Shown: positions 40,101 to 51,481 of the stretch, piece after piece
Layout of the letters: each line of letters starts with the position of its first letter
How positions within the stretch are numbered: the first letter of the stretch is position 1
Source: Tubulanus polymorphus
Taxonomy: Eukaryota; Animalia; Nemertea
DNA length: 64,000 nt
Direction of reading: 5' to 3'
NCBI RefSeq assembly: GCF_964204645.1
Contig: NC_134027.1
Span: forward strand, 27,614,560-27,678,559
The notes under the pieces: generated by a model
Seen by the model: only the letters and a program-made list of their open reading frames with translations
Databases searched by the model: none
What the model was told of the DNA's origin: nothing
Program-made: the position numbers and the translations under genes

Positions 40101-43100
40101 AAAAAATACTGTTTATTTCATTAATTGACTTGTATTTTATCTACAGTCAAACTGGGATTAGTTATTGTTTGTTATTTATTTATTCATCGTATCAGTTCAT
40201 ACAAAAAAGTTAGAAAGATCGCGTAAAAGTTTAAAGAACATGAAATACAAATTAATTGAAAGAAGACATAAATATTACAAGTTACAAATGTAACCAAGTT
40301 ATCATAACTTGAATTATTGTTATTTTTGAGTCCACTTTGTATTTGCGATATTCAAATTACTCATTGTAAGTTGTCATTCAAGTCATTAACATAATGATTT
40401 TGACTGTATTATAGTTTGGTAGCGGAAAGGGAGAGACAGAGAGCTTTAGCTAAAGAGAGATTAGAGGCTCACAAACTGAGACGTCAACAAATTCAACAAC
40501 AAGAGGAGGAAAAAATACAGAAAAACAACATGACCGAAGAAATGTCTAAATTAGAAGCGGCTCAAAATAAAATGAAAAATCTTCTATTGGCTTCAACATC
40601 GTTAATGTTGAACGGATCAAAGGCTTTGAGTGAAGATATTCTGGATGAAGTCGATAAACGACACAGAAAGGAACGAAATACTTTGATTCGAATTATCGAT
40701 TCTCTGAATAAAGAAGTGAATTTGCTCTCAGATGCAGCTCTTCTCGATATCGAGGTAACGATATGTTCCTTCTCTATCGATACGTTACAGATAGTCCATG
40801 ATATTCATCAGTAATATTCGTTTTTTTTCAGGATGTAAAAGTGAACCTTGAAAAGTTGCGACAAGAACATTCAAAATGGAGGACAGCTGTTGATGTGATT
40901 GATAGCGGCACAGACGAGTCAAGAATGAAAAATATAGATGAACAAATTGATATATTAAAACAAGCACTGGTATTCCGTGTGACGGGTTAGTATTCTGGGC
41001 CCAGTTCCACAGTTGTGAGTTAGAGTTAACTCCGAGTTAAAGTTAGTTTATTTTCAATGATTTAACTCAGAGTTAAATCTTAACTCGGAACTGTGGAACT
41101 GGACCCGGTATTACTGGTTAGTGCCCTGTATTACCAGTTAGTTATTACAGATAACCTTTCATGAAACTTGACTCACTATTTTTTACTTGACTTTACTTTA
41201 TCAATGTGTTAAACATCTATTTTATGCTGATTTTAAGCTGAAAGTAAGAGGCAGGGTAAGAGTAGTGATGAACTATATGTAGCGTTGTTGGCTGATTTAC
41301 AAGGAAAACAAGAAGCTGAATATATGGTGATGTCTCGGGTTACTGAAGATCAGGTATAAACCATTCTTCATCCATCAGTAAATCAGTTTATAACTTATCA
41401 TGAAATATTCTATAATTTTCTGTTTAGGAGGAAAAAATCCTTGAAAAACTCAAGTTAAATCAACAACAGATGATTAAAGATGGTTTGTTGGATAACGTGG
41501 CTAAAACAATATTCACAATGCTTGAAGATGATGCGTCTCTTCCAGACTTCGACGCTGCCGAAACTGAGTTCGAACTTCAACTGGAGAAAGAGAGAGAAGC
41601 CGCTTTAGCAGACGGTTAGTTTCTGAAAATTCATCGCGATATCGAGAGAATTTCAGATTCTTCGATTTCTAGAATTATCGAATCTTTTTACAGGACAAAA
41701 TAAAAACCAAAATGTGGATGAAATCTTGGCGGAGTTGAATTCTCAACAGGAATTAAAACGTCAAGCTTTCCTGCAGTCTAAGATCGACCAGAAATATAAA
41801 GCACTCGCTGAATTAGAGAACAAACGACTTGCGAGAGATTTACAGGAGTATGAAAATATCGCTTCAATGCAAATATTGAAACTCTGTGAAGAGAATGAAC
41901 AACAAGTTTTATGTAGTAATACTGAACAGCAGTCTAAACAATCGAGTCTTGTGAGTAGTAATTCTTTGCAGTGTCTTTGTTAAGTTAAGAAAAGTTCATA
42001 ATTCTGATATCAACTTTTAGTGCTGATAATTGATCGCCCTAAAGTGCTGGAGATAACTTGTAAATTTTAAAAGATTCCACCCAATTGTGTTGTATTACGA
42101 GCATACTGCTATAGTGTGTCTACACTGCAGTGCGGTGTATGACAAGCATACCAATATAGTACGTCTACACCACAGTGCGGTGTATCATTAGATACTAATA
42201 TTTTACCACGTTTGACTGGGCTCTTTCAATAGAGATAAAAACTAATTACTAATTATTTCAATACACCACAATGCAGTGTACTAGCGAAGTCTATCATCAA
42301 TTGATACACTACACTGTGATGTAGATCATCTACATCATAGTGCGGTGTATCAATTGATGATAGACTGATGCACTGAATGTGTATTTATATTTGTTTAGCT
42401 CGAACAACGACTCGCCGCGAGACGACAACAGAGAAGGAAACACGATGATGAACGAAAACTGAACGAACAACTTGAAAATGATTCGAGCAGCGCTGGAGGA
42501 ACTCCTGGAGGAACTCCGAGTTCTCTCCGAGACATCGATTCACCGGTATGTGTATCAGTCAGAGACCTCTGTAGGTAATAACCGGAACCGAAATGAGAAT
42601 TTATTTTGAATGTTTATAGATGGGCCTTCAACGAGAGAAGACAGCTATCACCGGTCTAGATCTGGATGAGGAAAAGAGTAAAGAAGTTTATACTCGTCTA
42701 ATGGGAGAACAAACTAGACTTCATAACAAAAAATACCGTGAACAAGAACGTCAAGAGAAGAAGGTGAGATGAGAATGACGACAGCTTTTAGAGGAGTTAA
42801 AGAGATTTTAAAACGTGTTTAATTAATGATTATTTCTAGTTGCAAGAAGCGATTGAACGTCGCAAACAGAAACGTGAAACAGATGCTGTAGATGTTATAC
42901 TGAAGGGTGAACACGCCAAGAATATTCTAGAACAAACTCAAAAGGTCAGTTTAACTGAATTGATAATACAGTCAAACTCACTAGTATCGTCATCTAGTAT
43001 AAATAGCCACATTACTGAAGTCTGTTTTGACATTACTGAAGTCGTTTTTTCCAGGGAAGTGTAATGAGATTACACTTCCCTGGTATTTCCAAAATGTAAG

Positions 43101-43668
43101 TCATCATTTGGATAAGACATCAACATAATGAGTATCACAACTATGAAGATTTAAGCGGCAGAAAGTTTCACTTTATCAAATATCAAACAGTGACGCGAAA
43201 ATCATCTGAAAAATTTTTTTTTTACTGATTTCAAGGATGAACGAGAAAGACAAATGACGATGATTAAAAACCGTGTAACTCGTGTTCGTTACGAGCGTAC
43301 GATGACAATGAAAGCAAAATCAGCACAAATCGCTCAACAATTCGATTACATCATCGATACAGATAGCAGTAATATGACTCAGGATGAGAAAATGGCTCGA
43401 GCCGCTAAACTTATGGAGAGTAAATTTCGTCAAGAGGCTGAAGATGTAAAAGAAGGAAAGAAAGAGGTGAGAGTTGTTTGTAAAAATGAATTATCAACGA
43501 TCGGTTTATAATCTATTTCATATTTTGTATTTGTTTGTTTTAAAGATGGTTTTAGCTTCGGACGAAGAGGAAGAAATTCCGTTAATGAGTGAAAAAATAC
43601 GATCGGATAGAAATATTAAACAGAGGAGAGAGGAGAGACGTCAAAAACGGGATACAGAAAATAAATAA
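19979..43668 (+). CDS. Uncharacterised giant protein: N-terminal EF-hand-like pairs plus five ~400-aa helical/coiled-coil repeats; ~44 exons, ~2,700 aa
   Basis: First exon [18 protein letters not shown] / [17 protein letters not shown] (EF-hand-like). Successive exons join with consistent GT-AG phases (e.g. 23666, 23831, 24403, 25593, 26285, 26892, 27459, 28253, 28757, 29337, 29830, 31563, 33042, 33472 ... 43236, 43546). TAA stop at 43666-43668. Confidence 0.8.
20576..23228. repeat. 2.65-kb polypyrimidine/polypurine intronic minisatellite (ccctccttc + ccctccttatc(a/g); 21-bp and 12-bp units)
   Basis: Directly visible; lies inside the intron 20528-23665. Confidence 0.97.
24688..25394. repeat. 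31/29-bp minisatellite gcctctgatctacagt(gt)agactgcgggctt, ~23 copies
   Basis: Directly visible; core shared with 56918-57429. Confidence 0.95.
25891..26155. mobile_element. Head-to-tail dimer of a ~135-bp MITE (family E; ggggctgcagttgct(g/c)aaaagtt...aactttt(c/g)agcaac)
   Basis: Two direct copies, each with terminal inverted repeats; outer ends gggg/cccc flanked by ca/tg. Confidence 0.75.
27679..28181. repeat. 23-bp tandem repeat (agtcagtaaccggactgtggttt), ~22 copies, from the MITE C left end
   Basis: Matches 7032-7055 agtcagtaacctgactgtggttt. Confidence 0.93.
28893..29293. repeat. Hexamer microsatellite (ctctgc/ctctgt/ctccgc)
   Basis: Directly visible, intronic. Confidence 0.93.
30040..31059 (+). 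repeat. 51-bp x 20 tandem array consisting of an exon 3' end plus its splice donor
   Basis: Unit gagtcgggttgttagaacgtatcaatcaaatcaataataacag|gtaacgat; the first copy overlaps the exon 29830-30081. Confidence 0.95.
31091..31254 (+). ncRNA. Type I hammerhead ribozyme-like motif within a long hairpin
   Basis: CTGATGA 31154-31160; stem II agct-actttg/taaagt-a-agct; GAAA 31190-31193; stem III CC-TCA-GG; GUA triplet ending at 31202; outer arms gtgtaggctaattgatcac / gtgatcagttaacctacac. Confidence 0.55.
31699..32021. repeat. CT-rich minisatellite (ctcctggctctccctctccct)
   Basis: Directly visible, intronic. Confidence 0.92.
33212..33430. repeat. 20-bp repeat ccagttccacagttctgaac (MITE A terminus) with inverted copies at the end
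   Basis: Same unit at 55996-56360, 24040-24180 and 18357-18472 (reverse). Confidence 0.85.
33753..34048. repeat. C-rich low-complexity repeat (ctaacactccctccactcc)
   Basis: Directly visible. Confidence 0.85.
34769..35150. repeat. Degenerate (CT)n microsatellite
   Basis: Directly visible. Confidence 0.9.
35920..36160. repeat. 26-bp minisatellite gagccgggtcggtttaaacggtgtt(t/c), ~9 copies
   Basis: Starts right after the donor g|gtgagt. Confidence 0.93.
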
Positions 43669-43672
43669 AATA

Positions 43673-44352
43673 TTTCACAGTACCTGAATTAGTTTCACTG
43701 TACCTGAATCAGTTTCACAGTAGCTGAATCAGTTTAACTGTAGCTGAATCAGTTTCACAGTAGCTGAATCAGTTTAACTGTAGCTGAATCAGTTTAACTG
43801 TACCTGAATCAGTTTCACAGTAGCTGAATTAGTTTCACTGTACCTGAATCAGTTTCACAGTAGCTGAATCAGTTTAACTGTAGCTGAATCAGTTTAACTG
43901 TAGCTGAATCAGTTTCACTGTAGCTGAATCAATTTCACTGTAGCTGAATCAATTTCACTGTAGCTGAATCAGTTTCACAGTAGCTGAATCAATTTCACTG
44001 CAGCTGAATCAGTTTCACAGTAGCTGAATCAGTTTCACAGTAGCTGAATCAGTTTCACAGTAGCTGAATCAGTTTCACAGTAGCTGAATCAGTTCCACAG
44101 TAGCTGAATCAGTTTCACTGCAGCTGAATCAATTTCACTGTAGCTGAATCAGTTTAACTGTAGCTGAATCAGTTTCACAGTAGCTGAATCAGTTTAACTG
44201 TAGCTGAATCAGTTTCACTGTAGCTGAATCAATTTCACTGTAGCTGAATCAATTTCACTGTAGCTGAATCAATTTCACTGCAGCTGAATCAGTTTCACAG
44301 TAGCTGAATCAGTTTCACAGTAGCTGAATCAGTTTCACAGTAGCTGAATTAG
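43673..44352. repeat. 20-bp minisatellite tagctgaatcagtttcac(a/t)g, ~34 copies, right after the stop codon
   Basis: Directly visible. Confidence 0.95.
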
Positions 44353-44438
44353 TATCTCTATATTTACTAGAATATCTATTTACTAAATCATTGTAATATG
44401 ATTTTATGCTAAATTTAGAAAATTATTTTCAATCAGTG

Positions 44439-44476
<38 letters not shown>

Positions 44477-44922
44477 GTTATTCAATCATTTCTACATAGA
44501 TTACAAAACTATAATTTCTGGAAGCTTTAATTTACCGGGTATTTACAAATAATTTCTAATGTTTGTTCACTGACACGTATTTTTAATACATTAAGTATTA
44601 GATCATGATTCAATGGGAGCTGGTGAAATCTGCTGATAATCATATATTGATATTTCTGCTGGACAGAAATTTTTGTGAAAAAATTAATTATCATTTTATG
44701 TGCAATATGTAAGAAATAGTATTTGACGGTTAGAGCACGCTGAGTTCTGCTGAACAGAGTAAAATGTGATTTTTGAATCAAGTATTTGTTCCATCCGTTA
44801 TTGTTAAAACGTATTAGTAATAAATTAGTTTTTTTTCGCACAATAAACAAGTTTCCACTATTAGTAGCATTTAGTTCTATTTTATTGGCGTCAAATTTGT
44901 CTGGAACCCCCCGAAATACTGA

Positions 44923-45060
44923 AGCCAGTTGCATAGTCACTGCATAGACTTAAGACCAGTCTAAGACTAGCTTAGTTCTATAAACAAATCTTACAACTTC
45001 AAGGCCAGTCATAAGATTTAAGACGACTTTAGGACTTAAGTCACGACTGTAACTGGCCCC
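44923..45060. mobile_element. MITE-like element (gccagttgcatagtc...gactgtaactggc)
   Basis: Imperfect TIRs; a related inverted fragment lies at ~50895-50972. Confidence 0.55.
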
Positions 45061-45597
45061 TGGACACGTATTGTGGTATAAAACTCATGTGAAGAACTAG
45101 AATTAATTTGGATCAGTGATGGTCGAGCCAGGGATATAATTCGATTTATGGACAATGATTCGTGTTGGAGTTCTGTGAGAGTTAAGAGGAGCTGCTATAA
45201 TCCATACGTCTCAACGCTCGTCGCGTATCGACCTGCTAGTGAAGTATAGTTTCTGTTTGTTTCACTGGTTAAACCATCACAGGATGAAATGTTGCGGAAT
45301 CTGTAAATTCTAAAGTGATATCAGATCTTACATTTCCTTCTAGGATCACGGTTCTATACATACTTATATCGGCCTGCAGGTACCTTTACCGCTATCAGAG
45401 AGTTGCCCCTTACAGGTGGATCGGATCTGATCGACTCTTAGAGTGCATGGTTGTTGTACCCATGTTGCACAGGTGTCCAGAAGTGGTTTTTATATTATAT
45501 TTTGGTCGATTATGAGAAAGATTTGGCTGCGGTATTTCATCGCGCGCCGGGTTCCACTATAAACTGATTTATCTTCATTGTCCGGATGAATAAGTTT

Positions 45598-46701
45598 TTA
45601 CTTTGAATCACAGAAATAATTGATCAGTAAAACTTGTTTAGCTGTTTTTCTAAACGTTTTATTCGTTGCGCAATAAATAAAGAAATTTGCGGATGAGTCA
45701 AAAACACTGAGCAGAATTCCTACTTTACGCAAGACCATTGTTTCATCTTCAGATAAACTATAACTTATTCCAAACTTCATAAGGAAGAAATGTAACACAC
45801 GATCTAAAGATGCCGGTATTTCAAATATAAAATACATCAATACAATCATGAGAACCATTTTTAATATTTTCAATTCAGCGGATGTATTTTGAGTTTTCTC
45901 ATTGGGCGCCGCTGCGTCCGTGTGAAATTGTTTCTTTTGATTTCGTTTTCTGTATATCATGACTCCAAACAAAGTCAGATTTAACAATATTAAGACGCTA
46001 AAAGGAACAATTACAGTCATGAACATGTAGGTCATAAAGGTGAAGGTGTACGCATACTCATAATGATAATGAAACGGAGTTCTTGTTGTTGTGGCTCCAA
46101 AAGCTCCCATTGTGAATAATCCCTTTGCACAAGGATGTGTGGCCCTTCCGGGTAAATAAAGTGGAAAATAATGCGGCCAGAAACAAACTGCAGAAAAAAA
46201 TGCGTTGAAAACCGATAGAAAGATTATTTGTTTTTTGTTCCAGAATCGTCTGAAATACAGCGGACTCGCGACAACCAGAAGTCTTTCAAAATTTACAATC
46301 ACAACGGTCCAATTTCTGGCAGTTTGGAATGTAAAGTATAATGGCAGCGCCCATATTATAATTTCGTGTCCAAAATACCAATCATCATAACGCCAGAGGA
46401 GTCCATAGTCGTCGGTGTTGCCTACACTGATAACAGTTACACGAAACGGATAAAGAAGAAACACTGAAACAAGAAACAGTAAATCAAACCAGGCAAGAAT
46501 TATAATAGTTTGATAAGTGGAACGACCGATCCTTCTGAATATAACAATAGAAACAGAGTTTAGAATCATTCCTAGAACTGAAGCTGTTGAATATCCGAAA
46601 ATATAAATGTTGGTACTAAATAAGAAATCCCATCGAATTGGCGGGGGAACACATCGAGGAGACTCAGTCGTGGTGGATGCGATTTGAGATGTAAGATTCA
46701 T
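45598..46701 (-). CDS. Intronless rhodopsin-family GPCR (FMRFamide/peptide-receptor-like), copy 1
   Basis: 367 aa with 7 hydrophobic segments; GMILN (TM1), LAWFDLL (TM2), NFERLLVVASPL (DRY equivalent), FEIP (TM6), SSANFFIYC..NKTFR (TM7/H8). Confidence 0.92.
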   Translation of the reverse strand: MNLTSQIASTTTESPRCVPPPIRWDFLFSTNIYIFGYSTASVLGMILNSVSIVIFRRIGRSTYQTIIILAWFDLLFLVSVFLLYPFRVTVISVGNTDDYGLLWRYDDWYFGHEIIIWALPLYFTFQTARNWTVVIVNFERLLVVASPLYFRRFWNKKQIIFLSVFNAFFSAVCFWPHYFPLYLPGRATHPCAKGLFTMGAFGATTTRTPFHYHYEYAYTFTFMTYMFMTVIVPFSVLILLNLTLFGVMIYRKRNQKKQFHTDAAAPNEKTQNTSAELKILKMVLMIVLMYFIFEIPASLDRVLHFFLMKFGISYSLSEDETMVLRKVGILLSVFDSSANFFIYCATNKTFRKTAKQVLLINYFCDSK

Positions 46702-47571
46702 ATTTTAACAGCGACAGCAGCAGCGGCAGCAGCAGCGGCAGCGGCAGCAGCAGCGGCAGTAGCAGCAGCGGCAAGGGCAGCAGCAGCAAGGGCAGCAATC
46801 AGCTCCCAGTGAAATAACAAGAGATACTTCAGATCGCGTTCAACTCTCTTCAATGGTGCAATAATGCTAGTCTGTAATCATCTATCTACACTGTGCAGGA
46901 AATTGTCATGCAAGAAACTTTCTGAAATAGTTTTTATTCACTGTCTCCAATAGAATAGAATGTATTCTACATATCTAAGATTTGTTTGTGAAATAGTAGA
47001 ATTCTGTATATTTTGAGTCACGCTATATCAGCGAGAGTGGTGAGAGTCACGCTATATCAGCGAACTAGCGGTGGTTTCAGGTGACTAGTAGTAAACTTCT
47101 ATATAATTTGAGTCACGCTATATCAGTGAATTCACTTGACTTTACATCAGGCGATTATCATTACTTGACTTTAGAAATAAATCATAATTAGGTCTCTCTT
47201 TTGGAAACTTAGTCTTTGGTTGAATTAAGTATTTGTTCTATCATTTTTTTAACAGTTGAAGTCAAGAAATTTACTTCAAAAGAATGAATCCATATCAACG
47301 ATGACCAGATGACGTCATTTGGAGTTCCTGTGACGGGAATTTCTGTGACCGTGTTTTAGTGGTAACGGTTTAGGTACACAATGGATGCTGAGTCGTCACA
47401 ATAACTCGATTTCTATATTTCAACAGAATAATATTTTCTTCCAACCCGCGACTTGTTTAGTCTTGTTTTACATGAATAATTATTCACGGATTCTCTAGGA
47501 TTTCTCTACCTCAACCTGCGCAAGCCCAAGCCCTAGCTGTTAACTCTAACCCTAGCTGGTAACCCTAACCC

Positions 47572-47637
47572 TAGCAGGACTCGAACCTGCGACCTCCAGC
47601 ATGCCAGCAGAGCTTGTTAACCACCAGACCATAGATC
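47572..47637 (-). mobile_element. tRNA-derived SINE head or tRNA pseudogene
   Basis: Minus strand: A-box-like TGGTCTGGTGG and B box GGTTCGAGTCC in the T-arm gcaggttcgagtcctgc. Acceptor and anticodon stems pair poorly. Followed by ggttagggtta. Confidence 0.5.
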
Positions 47638-48081
47638 TGTACTCTCACGACTGAGTAACTGGAGTAAATTTGGCTAATCAGCGTGGTGACTGGTGACCAG
47701 TCAGGTGTGGTGACCGCGGTGGTGACTGGTATTGTGACTCTATCATGCCCACTCTCATCAAACCCCAGGAATTTCAATGGCAATTTTAAGAACACAAATT
47801 CTAGATGACCACGTGTTCTAAGGTATAATTTCATTGTGTAAATCATTTTTTTCATTTCCTTCTAGGATCACAGTTCTATACATACTTGTATCGGCCTGCA
47901 GGTACCTTACTGCCCCTGACAGGTGGATTGAATCGACTCTAAGAGTGTACCCATGTTGCACAGGTGTCCAGAAGTGTCTTTATAGTTTGGTCGATTATGA
48001 GAAAGATTTGGCTGCAGTTTCATTGCGCGCCGGGTTCCACTATAAACTGATTGATTTTCTTTGTCCCAGCAAATAATAGTT

Positions 48082-49182
48082 TTACTGTGAATCACACAAA
48101 TAATTGATAAGTAAAACTTGTTTAGCTGTTTTTCTAAATGTTTTATTCGTTGCGCAATAAACAAAGAAATTTGCGGATGAGTCAAAAACACTGAGCAGAA
48201 TTCCTACTTTACGCAAGACCATTTTTTCATCTTCAGATAAACCACTACTTATTCCAAACCACACACTGAAGAAATGTAACACACGATCTAAAGATGCCGG
48301 TATTTCAAATATAAAATACATCAATACAATCATGAGAACCATTCTTAATATTTTCAATTCGGCGGATGTATTTTGAGTTTTCTCACTGGTCGCCGCTGTG
48401 TCCGTGTGAAATTGTTTCTTTTGATTTCGTTTTCTTAATATCATGACTCCAAACAAAGTTAGATTTAATGCTATCAAGACACTAAAAGGTACAATTACAG
48501 TCATGAACAAATATGTCATAAAAGTGAAGTAGTACGCGTACACTTCATGGTAATGAAAAGGGCTTCTAATTGTTTTGGCTCCAAAAGCTCTCATTGTGAA
48601 TAATCCCCGAACACAAGGATGTGTTGCCCTTCCGGGTAAATAAAGTGGAAAATAATGCGGCCAGTTATAAACTGCAGACAAAAATGCGTTGAAAACCGAT
48701 AGAGAAATAATTTGTTTTTTGTTCCAGAATCGTCTGAAATACAGCGGACTCGCGACAACCAGAAGTCTTTCAAAATTTACAATCACAACGGCCCAATTTC
48801 TGGCAGTTTGAAATGTATAAAATAATGGTAGCGCCCATATTATAATTTCGTGTCCAAAATACCAATCATCATAACGCCCGAGAATATCGGTGGGTTTGCT
48901 GATATCGATAACAATCATACGAAACGGATAAAGTAGAAACACTGAAACAAGAAACAGTAAATCAAACCAGGCAAGAATTATAATAGTTTGATAAGTGGAG
49001 CGACCGATCCTTCTGAATATGACAATAGAAACACAGTTTAGCGTCATTCCTAGAATTGAAGCTGATGAATATCCGAAAATATAAATGTTCGCACTAAACA
49101 TGTGATCCCATCGTTCTGGTGGTAAAACACATTGAGGAGACTCAGTCGTGGTGGTGGATGTGAGTTGAGATGTAAAATTCAT
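48082..49182 (-). CDS. Intronless rhodopsin-family GPCR, copy 2
   Basis: 366 aa; close paralogue of 45598-46701 with the same motifs. Confidence 0.92.
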   Translation of the reverse strand: MNFTSQLTSTTTTESPQCVLPPERWDHMFSANIYIFGYSSASILGMTLNCVSIVIFRRIGRSTYQTIIILAWFDLLFLVSVFLLYPFRMIVIDISKPTDILGRYDDWYFGHEIIIWALPLFYTFQTARNWAVVIVNFERLLVVASPLYFRRFWNKKQIISLSVFNAFLSAVYNWPHYFPLYLPGRATHPCVRGLFTMRAFGAKTIRSPFHYHEVYAYYFTFMTYLFMTVIVPFSVLIALNLTLFGVMILRKRNQKKQFHTDTAATSEKTQNTSAELKILRMVLMIVLMYFIFEIPASLDRVLHFFSVWFGISSGLSEDEKMVLRKVGILLSVFDSSANFFVYCATNKTFRKTAKQVLLINYLCDSQ

Positions 49183-50321
49183 ACTTCATTCATCTACAGC
49201 ACCAGCGCAGCAGCAGCAGCAGCAGCAGCAGTAGCAATCGGCTCCCAGTGAAATAACAAGAGATACTTCAGACCGCGTTCAACTCTCTTCAATGGTGCAA
49301 TAACGCATGTGTTACTGCTAGCCTGCTATCATCTATCTACATGTGGTAACACCCATCTACACTGTGCAGGAAATTATCGTCGAGAAACTTTCTGAAATAC
49401 GTTTTTTTCACTGTCTCCAATAGAATAGAATGTATTCTACATATCTAAGATTTGTTTGAGAAATAGTAGAATTCTGTGTAATTTGAGTCACGCAGTGAAT
49501 TCACTTGACTCTGAGGCGATTATCATTACTAGACTTTAGAAATAAATCATAATTAGGTCCGGGAATTAGGTCTCTCTTTTGGAAACTTAGTTTTTGGTTG
49601 AATTAAATACTTTTTTTCTATCATTTTTTAACAGTTGAAGTCAAGAAATTTACTTCAAAAGAATGAATCCATATCAACGATGACCTGATGACGTCATTTG
49701 GAGTTCCTGTGACGGGAATTTCTGTGACCGTGTTTTAGTGGTAACGGTTTAGGTACACAATGGATGCTGAGTCGTCACAATAACTCGATTTCTATATTTC
49801 AACAGAATAATATTTTCGTCCTACCCGCGACTTGTTTAGTCTTGTTTTACATGAATAATTATTCACGGATTCTCTAGGATTTTGTTTTCTAGGATTTAAG
49901 TTACCGCGTGTATGTTTTAATACATTATGTTGTGTAAAGCGCTTTATGGCGCGATACAAATTTCGTATTGATAATAATTTGAAAATGGACAAACATGAAC
50001 ATATATCACGTGGAAAGAGTTATATAATAATGAAACTTATATTAACGATGAAGCTATGACGTCATTATATGTCTTCCTGTGCATAACTCCGCTGTATTTC
50101 TGAATAGCACAATCGCGTTATTTTTTGCGCGTCCGCGATTCTATGTAGACTGGTTACCGGTCTGTATCTTCAATTAGAATGGGACAGGCAACCAGTCAAC
50201 GATTCTGTGCAGATATTAGACTGGTTACCGGTCTCTATTTTCAATTAGAATGGGACCAGGCAACCAGTCTATGTAGATATATCACCAACAATGCGACACC
50301 GGGCCAATACTACGTTTATTC

Positions 50322-50570
50322 ACCAGGCCAACACTAGGGTTTCTGCGTTTATTAACAGGCCAACACTAGGGTTACTGCGTTTATTCAGCAGGCCAACACT
50401 AGGGTTTCTGCGTTTATTCAGCAGGCAAACACTAGGGTTTCTGCGTTTATTCAGCAGGCCAACACTAGGGTTACTGCGTTTATTCAGCAGGCAAACACTA
50501 GGGTTTCTGCGTTTATTCACCAGGCAAACACTAGGGTTTCTGTGTTTATTCAGCAGGCAAACACTAGGGT
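50322..50570. repeat. 33-bp minisatellite caggc(c/a)aacactagggtt(t/a)ctgcgtttattcag, ~7.5 copies
   Basis: Directly visible. Confidence 0.93.
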
Positions 50571-51089
50571 AAGGTCTAACTCTAGAGGTTGTTGGCTAAA
50601 TTGGCGTTTTGCTCGGATTTTCTTGATATTCATAAAGCTTTTTTCGTAATAATTGATAAAATTAGGAATCCGTAGATGTAGTCAGTCTTTAGTCATAGAA
50701 ATAATTATTTCAATCTGTATTTTTTCTAGTTAATCTTTTTGTATTTAATTATAGTTTGATTTATTTATTGATTAATAAATGATTTATTATTCATTTGATC
50801 ATATAGTCTTAAACTGAAGTTGTCCGTTCTTTACATGAATATCGTTTTGTATTAGAAATTGCATTTTTCCGACATGGCAGTACGGAGCCCCGGAGGTCTT
50901 AAGTTGTTAGATTGGCTATAGAACTTAGATGGTCTTAGACTTAGGCCTCTTTGACTTTGCAACTGAACCCAGTTGTTTTTTCGACCCGACCCGAAAAATA
51001 TTGAAGAAAAACAATTTTACGGATTTAGAAATAGGCAAATATGATTTATTTTTAAAGCAATTGAATAAATGATAATTCATGGATGTAAT

Positions 51090-51237
51090 ACCGTGAACTC
51101 ATGAACTCCTCCGTGAACTCATGAACTCCTCCGTGAACTCTTAAACTCCTCCGTGAACTCATGAACTCATCCGTGAACTCATGAACTCATCCGTGAACTC
51201 ATGAGCTCCTCCGTGATCCCATGAGCTCCTCTGTGAA
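51090..51237. repeat. 20-bp repeat ccgtgaactcatgaactc(c/a)t in the 3' UTR of the myophilin-like gene
   Basis: Directly visible. Confidence 0.9.
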
Positions 51238-51447
51238 CTATATACCGTGAACCCTTCCGTGCAATAGTTGTTCCTCGCTAAATTCTCGAGGATTTGCAGA
51301 TGCTTCTTTAGGTCCTAGTACCGGTCCTTTAAATCCGTTAACTTGCGCCTGGAATTAAATCATGGAAATCGTGTATTCAATACTGCGATGTAAAATGTAT
51401 GATTTAAAGAGGATTGTTTAAGAAGTATATCTTATTTAATCTCTCTA

Positions 51448-51481
<34 letters not shown>

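Larger units (their letters stand above)
45331..49883. repeat. Tandem segmental duplication: ~45331-47503 and ~47853-49883
   Basis: Both units begin catttccttctaggatcac and end ggattctctaggattt; gene, UTRs and upstream region are shared. Confidence 0.92.

Noticed and set aside
45342-45430. Possible small + strand exons downstream of each GPCR (ttctag...cag|gtacct)
   Set aside because: Quickly meets a stop, with no recognisable protein; conservation is explained by the recent duplication
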